Translations under genes and position numbers: made by a program
Notes under the pieces: model-generated
The model's database searches: none
Told to the model about the DNA's origin: nothing
Seen by the model: only the letters and a program-made list of their open reading frames with translations
Source of the DNA: Bilabrum cf. latius
Taxonomy: Eukaryota
Direction of reading: 5' to 3'
Assembly (NCBI GenBank): GCA_965178125.1
Contig: OZ237750.1
Coordinates: 806,001 to 870,000, forward strand
Length of the DNA: 64,000 nt
Shown here: positions 23,101 through 34,300 of the stretch, piece by piece
Layout of the letters: the number at the start of each line of letters is the position of its first letter
How positions within the stretch are numbered: position 1 is the first letter of the stretch

Positions 23101-25371
23101 CCAACCGTGCAGTAGCCCGAGCGGCCCATCGCGGACTATCCGAGTCTGACAGGTGCCCAAATCGTGTCTCTGGTCGATCGCAGAGGGGGCGATGACCTGG
23201 ATCGTGGTCAGGATGACTAGCAGGAGGAAACGGAGCGCCCTCGCAAGAGGCACCGCAGCGGCTCCATGGAAGCCTCTATCCCCGGCTAGGCCCGCGGTAC
23301 CCGCCGGCAGGCACAGGCAAAGGCGCCGCAGGTGGGGATGGACCTCGACGAGGAGGGCGAGATCGAGGTGCCTGCGATAAGAAGCTCAGAGCAGCAGCAG
23401 TAGCATCAGTAGCAGCAGAGGTCGTCGTCAGCCTCAGCCAGTGCTGGCCATGCCCTCGTGCTGGGTGGTCCCGGCACCACGCCGTCACTGACAGACTCGG
23501 GCGTGCGCTCTCACACGGAATGGAGCGGGCCTTCCCAACGCAGCAAGAGCGCTTTCAATCGACAGTCCAGCGGCCGCCGATCCAAGGACAGCGTGAGCCA
23601 CAGCATACCGCGACCGGGCAGCAAGGAGAGCGAGGCCGAGCTGACCGATGGCACGGACATGAGCGCCTCGAGCGTGGTGCTGAGCCGCACCCTGAGTGGG
23701 ACCAGCGAGTCGGCGGATCCTCACGATGCGGCAGCCCCAATTGTCCAGGATGCAGAGGATGGCAAGAAGGAAGAGGAAGAAGGCGCTCAAGTAGTAGCAG
23801 CAGACCAGAGACACACGGCGGATGCAGGGAAAGGGCCTAGGATGGGAGCGCGAGGCCGGGCAGGCGTCAACGCCAAGGTCGGTGCGCCTGGCAGCAAGGT
23901 CTCTGCGGCTCACATCATGGAATCGCCGCCAATGGTGGGGATCGGGCAGCCGGTTGTTGCCGCTGCCATACCGTCCCTAGAGCTGCAGCCAGCGGCGCAA
24001 CAAGGCACAGGGGCGCCGCAGTCTACCGTCGGCTCTGCAAGCGAAGGGGCTTCGTCTGTTGTGGCGGGTAGGAAACGGAGCAGAATGGACAGAGAGGCCG
24101 AGGAGGACTCTGCCAGCGCCAGCAGAGCGCAGGATACCCGGCCTTTGCAAGTGCGGCCATCGGCACTCTCGGGATCTCCTGATCGTGCCGGGCGCGGAAG
24201 TCACGCCGAATTGCCCGCCCGCCCGTCTCCGACACGCAAGCTCTCCAGCGGCGTGTCTTCGCTTCAACAACGCCAGCCCGCCCCAACCGGCCTGCAGGGG
24301 GAGGAGGGACTGGGTTCGAATGCGAGCTCCCAAGCAAACGTGCGGCGAGGCAGCATCGGCTCGGCCTCGGGGGCATTCCGCATGCAGGCGCCGTCCACAA
24401 CGGCGATCAGCCGCTCTCTGCAGAGCACCCGTCAGATGGCCAGGAAGCGTCTGAAAGGCATGAGGGCTCAGCGGTTCAGGCGCTCCTCATCGTCCAGAAG
24501 ACACCTGGGCAACTCATCCCGCCGCATCCGCCGCACACTAACGCAGCATGTTGTGAGCAGGTGGTACCGGGCCCCCGAGCTGATCCTGCTGGAGCCGTAC
24601 AGCTACTCGGTGGACCTGTGGAGCGCCGGGTGCATCATGGCTGAGCTGCTCGCCATGGTGGTGACCCGCGAGGAGGGCAACAAGGCGGAAGGGGGAGCTG
24701 CCTCGCAAGAGCGCGGGCAGGCGCATGGCAAGGGGGCTGCGCAAGCATCGTCCTCGTCCTCGTCCTCGTCATCGTCATCGTCATCGTCCGGCCGTCCAGC
24801 GGATTCTCAGACAGCTCGCAGTTCCAAGGGAATCCCTTACCGCCACCGTAGGCCCTTGTTCCCTGGAAGATCGTGCTTCCCCTTGTCAGCGGAGAAGATC
24901 GACCAGTGGCAGGACAAGTACGACCAGCTCAACGTGATATTCGACGTCATCGGGACCCCAAGCCAGGCCGAGATCGACAGGGTGCAGGACCCGGGAGCGA
25001 GGACGTATCTGTCGCAGCTGCAGCAGCGCGCGCCCAGGCCATTGCGGCCGTACGCCCCAAACGCATCTACCGAGGCGCTGGATCTGCTGTCCAAGCTGCT
25101 GGTGTTCGATCCCCGGCGGCGACTGAATGCTCTCGAGGCGCTGCGGCATCCCTGGTTTGCCCCCGTGAGGCGGCAGGGGGACTTGCTGCTGGCCAGGAGG
25201 GGTCTCGTGAGGATGGACGAGACGGAGTCCGAGATGCCGCTGGAGCTGCTACGGGCTGCAGTCTTCCAGCATATTCAGGAGTTTCAGCAACAGAGGCGTC
25301 AGCAGTCCGAGAACGGTCCAGGGACACCAAGCACAGGCGCCGAGGCGGGGACGGCTGGGAGCCCGCTGTGA
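20176..25371 (+). CDS. Atypical MAP kinase (TQH activation motif) with huge activation-loop insertion, ~1,730 aa
   Basis: [40 protein letters not shown], then [68 protein letters not shown]. One frame with 11 TAGs and no TAA/TGA. Start ATG 20176 or 20185. Confidence 0.88.
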
Positions 25372-25572
25372 GGGACGGGGCGATGAGTGGGTGGAAGGGA
25401 TGCGGCGCGATTACCACGTACCAGGCTCTGCCTTGGGCAGTGCCTCTTGGCACTCGACTGATGATGATGCAATGAAGACATGCCGTCATCTGTGGATCCG
25501 ATCCGGAATTCGGATTGGGTTGCGTATGCAGCCTGAGGCTTGCATTGATCCGAGCAGAACATAATTATAGCA

Positions 25573-27123
25573 ATGCGTAGAGCCACCCGAATTAGCAGTG
25601 TTATTGGAAGACGATTTCACGCTGGGCGATAGGCCATGGAGAGGACTGGTGCTGTTCGCCACGCGTCAACGTTCCACGTGCTCGATCCAGCATCCGGTGC
25701 AGTCGTCGGGGAAGCGCCTGACATGAATGCATCCGACGTGAATCAAGCAGCAGCCGCTGCATTTGCGGCTTGGCCAGATTGGCGGAGCAGATCGCCGGAG
25801 AGACGCGCAGGTACACTATTGAAGTGGTACGAAACAGTGCAGTCCCGAAGCATGGAGCTGGCCGGAATAATTACCGCCGAGAGCGGCAAGCCAATGTCAG
25901 AGAGCAGGGGCGAAGTTGCATACGCGGCCTCTTTTATCCAGCATTTTGCCAAGCTGGTCGGTTTTGGCGGTGGACGCTCCATCGGTGGGATCGGTGGAGA
26001 TCGGCGTGCCGTCACCATCAAACAGCCCGTGGGCCCATCCTCTCTACTCACGCCATGGAACTTCCCCGCCGCAATGATAACGAGAAAAGTAGCCCCAGCA
26101 CTCGCTGCTGGTTGCACCGCCGTCGTCAAGCCGGCGGCAGAGACCCCGCTCACTGCCAGGCTGCTGCTCGACATGGCCCACGAGGCAGGGGTGCCTAAGG
26201 ACGCTCTCTCCATGGTGACCGTGGGCGAGGGCGTGCAGGAGGTAGGACACGCGATGGCCACGGACCCGAACTTTCGCAAGATGTCATTCACGGGATCTAC
26301 ACCGGTGGCGAAGTGGCTCACTGAGAGGGCGGCCGGCACGCTCAAGCGAGTCTCGATCGAGGCCGGCGGCAGCGCGCCGTTCATCGTGTTTGACGACGCG
26401 GACGTGGAGGCAGCCGTGGACGGCTTCATGGCAAGCAAGTACAGGAACGCGGGACAGACCTGTGTGTGCGCGAACCGCATCTTCGTGCAGAGAGGCGTGC
26501 TGGAGAGCTTCAAAGAGGGCGTGGCGCGAGCAACGGACAAGCTGGCTGCCAGGCAGGGGCACGGGTCCGGAGAGGGAGTCCAGATCGGACCGCTGATCCG
26601 AGAGGATCGGGTGGAGCACATGCGATCGCTTCTTCAGGGTGCATTGCACGGCGGGGCAAGGATCGTCTCTGGGAACGAGGAAGGCACCCCCCTACAAGAC
26701 GCGCTGATCGAGGGGCCGGGGCCGTCCGGGAAGGACCTGAACAGGGACGCCTTCTTCCGTCCGACAGTTCTGGAGGTGGACAGCCTGGAGCAGGGCAGGG
26801 AGCTGGAGGCGTGCACGTCTGAGGTGTTCGGGCCCTTGTCGGTGCTGCAGCCCTTCGACTCGGAGGAGCAGGTGCTCGAGGCCGCGAACCGAGCAGAGGT
26901 CGGGCTGGCCGGGTATTTCTTTTCGCGGGACGTGGGTCGCGTGTGGAGGGTGGCAGAGGCCCTGGAGGTGGGCATGGTGGGCGCGAACACGGGCATGATC
27001 TCCAGCGCGCATGCTCCCTTCGGCGGCGTGAAGGAGAGCGGGTTCGGGCGAGAGGGCGGGATCGAGGGGCTAGAGGAGTTCCTGGAGACGAAATCGATAA
27101 CGTTTGGTGGCATTCAGGGATGA
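25573..27123 (+). CDS. ALDH5A1: Succinate-semialdehyde dehydrogenase, mitochondrial
   Basis: TPWNFPAAMITRKVAPALAAGC, SFTGST, ASKYRNAGQTCVCANR, EVFGP, PFGGVKESGFGREGG. Upstream ATG 25573 gives a presequence-like MRRATRISSVIGRRFHAGR*AM; TGA end. Confidence 0.92.
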
Positions 27124-27218
27124 TGCATGGCGCTACGGGCAAAGGGCCGTTCAGGACGGGGAACGTTCGATGCATCGGCGGATCGGCGGTGGCCGCGATC
27201 TTGCATATATTTTCTCGC

Positions 27219-30200
27219 ATGGGAGTCCCTCGGTTGTACCGTTGGATCGACAGCACGTTTAAGCGCGTCCTATCGCGAACCGAAGTGGTAGCACTCAAGC
27301 AGGCGGTCCTTGCGGCAACTGCTGGATGCGATGACAGGGTGGACAGTGTTCTCGTCGACTTTAATTCTTTTCTGTACGTTGCTGCGAGAAATATGGAAAT
27401 TGGAAATCGTGCTCTAGGCCAAGTTGATGTTGCTGCGAAACAGCGGGACGGAGACGAAGAGGCTGGTCGAATCAATGCACGCCTGGATGCCGTTCGCGGC
27501 CATGCACAGACCGTAGCCGACTGGCTGGTTCGAGGGATGCAGTGGACGGTGGAATCCACCGAAATCCTGAAACGATCTCTGCTGGCCCTCGGGACGCTGC
27601 TCGTTGCCCTAGATCCCCACGTTCTCGTCGTGGTTGCTTTGGATGGGCCAGCACCTGCAGCGAAGAGGCACCAGCAAAGACGCCGCCGCTACAGAGCAGC
27701 AGAAGATATGAAGAAACTAGCCCTCAAGTATGGATCCTCTGTCAAGCGCCTCATTGCCCGCCGCGGTTTCGACGGCTGCGCTGTGCACCCGGGCACGTCG
27801 TTCATGGAGAAAGTTGATCAAGGGGTCCGGCGGTTCCTGCAGCTGATCGTGGCGGCAGGCGGCATGGAGCCCCAAGGCGACGCAGCAGCACGTCTTCCAG
27901 CCGATGCTTCCTTGGAGGCGTTGCCGGAGGCCGCCAGGTCAGCTGCCGGCCCCGGCCCCATCCTGCGCCGGGGATGCCGAGTGGTGTACTCGGGGTGCTT
28001 CTCCCCCGGGGAAGGTGAGCACAAGATGGCTGAATGGGCCCGCGCACAGCTGAGTGGGCACCTCCCCCGTCCTGCTGGGGGTTTAGGAGAAGATCGGACG
28101 GGAACGAAGCCAGGTAGAGGGGCAGAGGGCGCCGGCTCGCTGCGTCGTGCTGGTGGCGGAGGGTCGAGTGCACCGACAGAGGCTTGTACGCCACCTCCAG
28201 ATGTTCCAACGGGTGGCGCTGTTGTACTGGTGAGTCCAGATGCAGATCTAGCACTGCTTGGACTGGCCATCGACGCCAGCGTGCGTTTTGATGCAGCGAG
28301 AAAGTCCGCGAGCTCCGCTGGAGCCGATGCGAAGGAGAAGGGTGATGACGGGGCCGCGAGTGCAGCTGCGCTCGCAGACGGCAAAGTGAGCGATGAAGTA
28401 GCAGCATCGATTGAGGCAGCCCCGTGTCGCATTGTTGTCCTGCGCACATCCGAGGAGGAGGCTCCGTAGGACGGAGGCCAGCACGGCGCGGGAGAGGCGG
28501 AGAAAGCCGCAGGTCACGGAAGCGGAGCAGCGAGCGCAGCTGGTGCCGACCCGTCCCTGGGTGGGGCTGATTCTGACGGGGAGAAGGAAACAGGGGCACA
28601 GAGCGGGTCGGAGGACGACGAGAGCGATGAGGACGATGCAGTCGGCATCAGCAAAGCCCTGCAGCAGCACCAAGCCGATGCTGCCGGGAAGCAACAGAGG
28701 TACAAGTCGGGTAAGCTAAAGTTCGAGCTGCCGGGCCCGGATCTTGCGCTTCCCAATCGGAGCGTGTTTGAGGTCTTTAACGTGGGCTCTTGGCGCCGCC
28801 AGCTGCCCGTGTGGATGCTGTCCGCCTCTGCAAGCCGCGCGACGCACATGACCAAGTCGAGCGACGAGGGCGGCGATGCTGATGCAGGAGGGGAGCTTGG
28901 GCATGCGAGAACAGCCGAGGCGGCTCACGACCGCATTTCCGAGCTGGGTGGGATGGCACGCAGCCACGCGTGCCTTGACATGGTGATGCTGTCGTGCTTC
29001 CTGGGCAACGACTTCCTGCCTTTGCTGCCCGGCCTCAAGCTGGACAAGAGGGGTCTGCAGACCATCGCTGGCGCGTGGAGGGTCGGCACGCGTTCGGGGT
29101 AGCTTCCTTTGGTGCAGCTGCTGGTCGATGACGGTGCACCATCCCCGACATTGGCTGCGGGCGGGGTAATCGCGGCGGGGGCGGACTCAGCTTCGGACGG
29201 TTCCACTGTTCGAGCGTCGGGGTAGCCGATTTTCCGGTTCGGGTTCCGTTGCTCGATCGACGTGCACGCGCTTGCCGCCGCGATGCGGGTGATTGCCGCC
29301 GTGGTGGAACCCGGTGTCACAGGCAGCATCCTCGACGGCATCGAAGCCAATAGCGAGGATGGAGAGGGAGAGGGAGATGGGGATGGGGGCGAGAGACAGG
29401 TCGGGGAGTTCGATGATGATGAGGACGATGGGGGCTTTGGAGACTTGATGGGGGATGGAACGGGGGAGGGGTCAGGGGAGGACGATGAGTTTGGTGACGA
29501 TGGTGGGTTTGCCGACCTGCTGCGAGAGGATTCCGCTGGAAGCACGGCCTCTGCCGCGCGGCCCGTCGCCGCATCAGAGGAGGAGGCATGCCCCGTGATG
29601 GCCTCTGGAATGGAGAGCTACTACAGCACGTGTGCTTGGGGCCTGTCCTCTGGCGCGTGGACGGACGCCTGGGCGGCGCGGGAGTCCTTCGTACGCGTGG
29701 TGCCGGACCCCATGCGGCTGCCTGGGGCCTCGGCTGCTCCGGACATGATCGAGGCGGGGCAGCAAGTTGATCGAGCGGTTCTCACTTCTCCGCCCACTGT
29801 TGCTTGGAAGCGTCTGCCGCATGATGCGTTCCCATGTTTGCCTGGGTCCACCGCGGGAGCAGACGAAGCCTCTGGGCACTCCTCTTCCTCGCCACCAGCC
29901 CGGAAGTGGAAGAGGCAGGAGTCGGACACCCGGAGAGTCTGGAGCGCCGCTGCCGCCATGGTGGCGCAGTGGTGGGCGGGGCTGTGCTTCGTATCGGACT
30001 ATTACGTGGACGGTCTCCGCAGCTGGGACTTTGAGTACCTGGAGCTGTACGCCCCTCTGCCCAGCCATGCGGCGGAGCTGCTGCCGACCACCTGGAACGC
30101 AGGGGCGGGCGGGGTGGCGGCACCCGAGAGTGAGCTAGCGTCGGTGCGGGCCCTTCGCCGCGTGGGTGGGCTGTGCCCTCCCTCCGTGGGTCGATGGTGG

Positions 30201-31226
30201 GACGTGTCTGCAGTCCGGCTGCAGCTGCCTGTGCCCTCAGGGTCAGTGGGTGGCTCCGATGCAGCTTCTACACGCTCACAGGAGCGGCAGCTGTTCCGTC
30301 CACGCTTCGTCCAGGGTCGCCCTGCATATCCGATGGACGCGCTGTTCATGATACTAGGCCCCGAGAGCCATTCGCTGCTGCCGAGGCTCATTGGGAAGCC
30401 CCTCCGGTAGCGGCTCATGCACCGAGAGTTGATCGCGGTGCAGGACAGGCTGCAGGCATGCGAGGCAGCCACCAAGGAGGCCTTCGAGGAGGTGGAGCGA
30501 GCCAGGGAACAAGCAAGGGCGGCAAACAAGGCTGCTGGCGTGACCGGCACGCAGCCAGCTCCGAAGGGCAGCCTGGCGCTGGCGATGGAGCAGCAAGCAT
30601 CCGCGGCCAACGGACGGGCGCACTCGCTGGACAAGGAGCGGAGGCAGCTGCGGTCCAAGGTGAGTTCTCTTGCACCCAGTCGGGCGAGGCAGGAGCAGAA
30701 AGAGGGCGAGCGAGAGGCGGTGCTGGCCGCTGGCCCCGTGCCTCCAGAGCAGGTTGCTGTGGAGGTGGGCATGTCGGGGCCGGTGCTCGACGCGATCTGG
30801 CCGGATTTTGCGAGCGTCCGGGTGGACAGCGAGTCTGCCATGCGGGTGTACGACGAGAAGGAATTTGTTCCCCGCGTGCCTCGCTGGCTTGCGGAGGCGC
30901 TTGTGACCGCGGCCGGGTCGGATGGGCATGGGGTGGTGGGGCGGCTGTGGCGGCGTGCCGAGGAGGATCTGGTGATGGTGCAGCCGAAGGATGGCGACCC
31001 AGAGGAGGAAATAGAGGCAAGCGAGAGCGAGGTGTGGCACCGGGGGTGCTTGATATAGATGGACGCGAGCGCAGACTCGGGGTGGGCCGCCGAGTAGGTC
31101 GCTGCGGTGGACGAGGCGAAAGCCAAGACGGCCGCGGTGGCCGAGGAGCGCAGGCTGCGCAGGAAAGCTAGAAAGGCAGCCGAGGCGGCGGCGCTGGCAG
31201 CCGAGGAAGAGAACGTTGGCGATTGA
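27219..31226 (+). CDS. XRN-family 5'-3' exoribonuclease (divergent)
   Basis: MGVPRLYRWI, VDFNSFLY, ALDGPAPAAKRHQQRRRRY, HPGTSFM, PGEGEHK, SPDADLALLGL, FLGNDFLP, YYVDGLRSWDFEY..YAPL. One frame through TAGs at 28467, 29100, 29223, 30408, 31056 and ~31095 to TGA 31224. Confidence 0.85.
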
Positions 31227-31370
31227 GGTCAGCAGCGTAGTTTGTGCAACGGGGCGGGGCAATTGCATGTTGACATTGCGCAAGCTGCATCGAGCCAGTG
31301 AGGCATTGATGAGAACTGATCGGAGCGATGTGCTCGGTTCGAACTCGATTTCTTCACCTCTGTGTCTAGA

Positions 31371-34300
31371 ATGGCCAGACTGATGGCCTTTCGTGTCATT
31401 GCTACCAGCATGTTATGCATCTACGCCCATGCGATGTGGATGAGGGGCCAAAATATATCTATTCCGGCAGACTAGCACGTTGTTCTAGAAGAGAGCGAGG
31501 CAGTTGAAAATTTGATCGTTTACGGGCGCCTTAGCTTGGCAGTGCCTAGCAATCCTTATCAAACATTAGAATTAAGGGCAAACAATATCCTGGTGATTGG
31601 TGGTCGCGTTGATTTGCAGTGGCCAAGTCAGCTTACAAGCTCAGCAGGCACTGTCGCGATCACGCTAAATGCAGCACGCCAAGGCAACTCAAGACTCACG
31701 CCCTTGTCAAGATACATCTCTAGAGATGATACAGCCACATTCTCAGGAGTCTCGTATGAAGCGATGCGATCAGATGCAGAGGCGGTCCACATATCGGACG
31801 GCACCCTGCTTGCTTTAGGAGACGTATCGCTGCAGCTCCCGGCAGGGGTACCGGCTTCCTTCGCTCAGACTACCGCAGTCAGCGCTACTATGAAGTAGTT
31901 ACTATGCCATGGTGTGCTACTAGATGCTGGAATAGGTACCGAGCTAGTCGCGGCAGGGCTAGATGCCCGTCTCGATGCGCGGCAGCTGCTCGTCCAGACC
32001 CGAGAACGTACTTCCTATCTGGCCGTTCAGCACAACCACAGGCGCATGGCATCTGTACTCATTGTAACGTAGAGTATTTGTTTTATTGCCGCGCTAGACG
32101 GCTCGGTGAACGATTGGGGCGACGCTCGATGGCAAGAAGAATTGCCACAGACTGCGAGACTCGTCGAGGTGCTTTGGAACAACCAATCGACCACGTCCCT
32201 GGCTAGGTGCGGGCCAAACTCTTAGCAGTCGCATGGTTGTGCTACACATCTTGCCCAACTTGTGGGTGAATACACGTACGGACGAGACAGCCTTAACTGC
32301 ACCCACGTTCAGCAGCTCTGGCTCAGCAACCCCAACGACACAGCGGTGCACGCTGCCATGGAGTCATGCAGAATCTACAGTTAGCAGACGCAGAATGGAT
32401 CAAACTCTCGCAACACCCGAGGGGGGCCTAGCTTTCGTGCTCGCAGCTCGCTCCCGCGGGGACGGCATGCCGAGCAGCACCTCGGTGTTCAAGCCGAGCT
32501 CGTGCTCGGCGCGCTGGCACACACTCGCAGCCACGAGATGTACCGGGTGGGCGCCGACGTGGACGCAGCTGCGAGCTTTGTTTCTTCTCGGAGCAGAGAC
32601 TTACACAGGTCGTCCAGTGATGCTGTCACAGGGCAGGAGATTCTGTCATAGGTGTTTACAATTGTCTCGCTGCGAAGGGACAATCGCACCGACGCCTTGC
32701 TGGGCGCCATGGGACACATCATGGTCGGCAAGAGGCGATTTCCGCCACCTCAATCGCCATTCTTTAGCTTTCAGTCCACAGTCCAGCAGGGACGCTCACG
32801 GTATCGTGAGGAAGAGGACACGCAAGCGACAGCGATTGCCAGCGGCGGGATGCGAGTTGGGTGGACCATTGGTGTACTCTCTCGGCACGTTACAGTGCGT
32901 GCTGGTGGATCCAGCGGAGCACGCATAGTATCGGGCCAGTACATCGATACGACCATTTACAGGAGGCAGTCTGGTCTCAATGTCATCGCCCCTCGCTACC
33001 GCAGAGTCTCGAGGCTGTATGCCGGCTCGCTGCAGCTGGAGGGTGTCGACCTCCGAGGCATGGAGTAGGATGCAACTTATCTTGCCCCAGGGCCTCATAG
33101 TCGAGATTGTGGCTTGGTGTTGTCCATGCATCCCTAGTAGAGCGATGCGTCACCAGAACGCGTGCTGCGCGAGGCGCTCGAGCCGCCCAGCGGATCCGCT
33201 GCAGCAAGTTCAAGGATTTTCACTGCCGTGGATGTGCTCCTGGCGTTTCGAAGAGCTGCAACCGCGTGGAATGAAAGTGGCCCCTCGCCTTGGACGAAAA
33301 GATTGCCTGCACAGGACCGTGACTGGCTCAGTGCGACGCTCTTGTCTGCTCATGCGGCAAGCGGTTGTGCTGGAATCACGGTAGTCAGTTCTCCGCATCC
33401 TGTCGACGCATACCCAGTACATTTCATGGGAATTTAGCAGGCAAGAGCAACTTCAGCGGGATAGTACGCAAATATTGAGGCACTGATGTCGACGCCGTAT
33501 TCTTTGGGATCGTCATCGGCTGACGGAGCCCCTGGTGAGCAGGTGCTCACCAAGCCGACTGCCCGATACCTCGGCCCGGCTGCAGCTCTCGGGGCAGTGG
33601 AAAGCATCGTGCGACAGCACAGAGTATAGATACCATTCAGCATGGATGATAGTGCTTCTGGGTCCATGGCGGTGCAATGGCTGTCTCAAAATGGCCCTGC
33701 TAGCCAGTCAGTCCCACTGACGTATGGTGAGCCGTGGTCCGAGTCGGTCCTGCATGCCTAGCAGCGGGAGAATGATGCAGATGCGCACGAAGTGTTTCGG
33801 GAAACTGGCAGCCGGCTTTCTGTAGAAGAGGCACGGGAGTGGACGTGGCCAGGCGCTGCGGCATCCTACATTCGCGGTTGCGTGCTGCCAGCCGCGCTGG
33901 GCAGTGGAGCTGGAGTGCTAGCTTTGGGCAGCACGGGGGTAGATATCTCAAACAACATCGTCATTGGCCCTAATACATACACACCGCTTGGTGTTGCGAC
34001 TAATTTGTTTCCTGATATCGTCGTCAGGTCGAGCCTTAGATCCAGGGTCAGCCACAACCTGATTGTTCGTGCGACTCAAGTTGGCCAGCCGTAGTCTTCG
34101 AACTCGGCAAGGGGATCGCATCCTGCAAACAAATCGGCAGCAATGCACTTGGATTCGTCAGAGATTGTCTCGTATGGAAATACAGTCATTGGAGCTCCAG
34201 TGGGCGTGCTCAAGCGCGGTGGCCTGGGGTGCTTCGAGCCCACCCCGGCGGCTGCTGGCGTTGATGCGTCGTTTCAGCGAGAAAGGTACTGGCGCATCCA

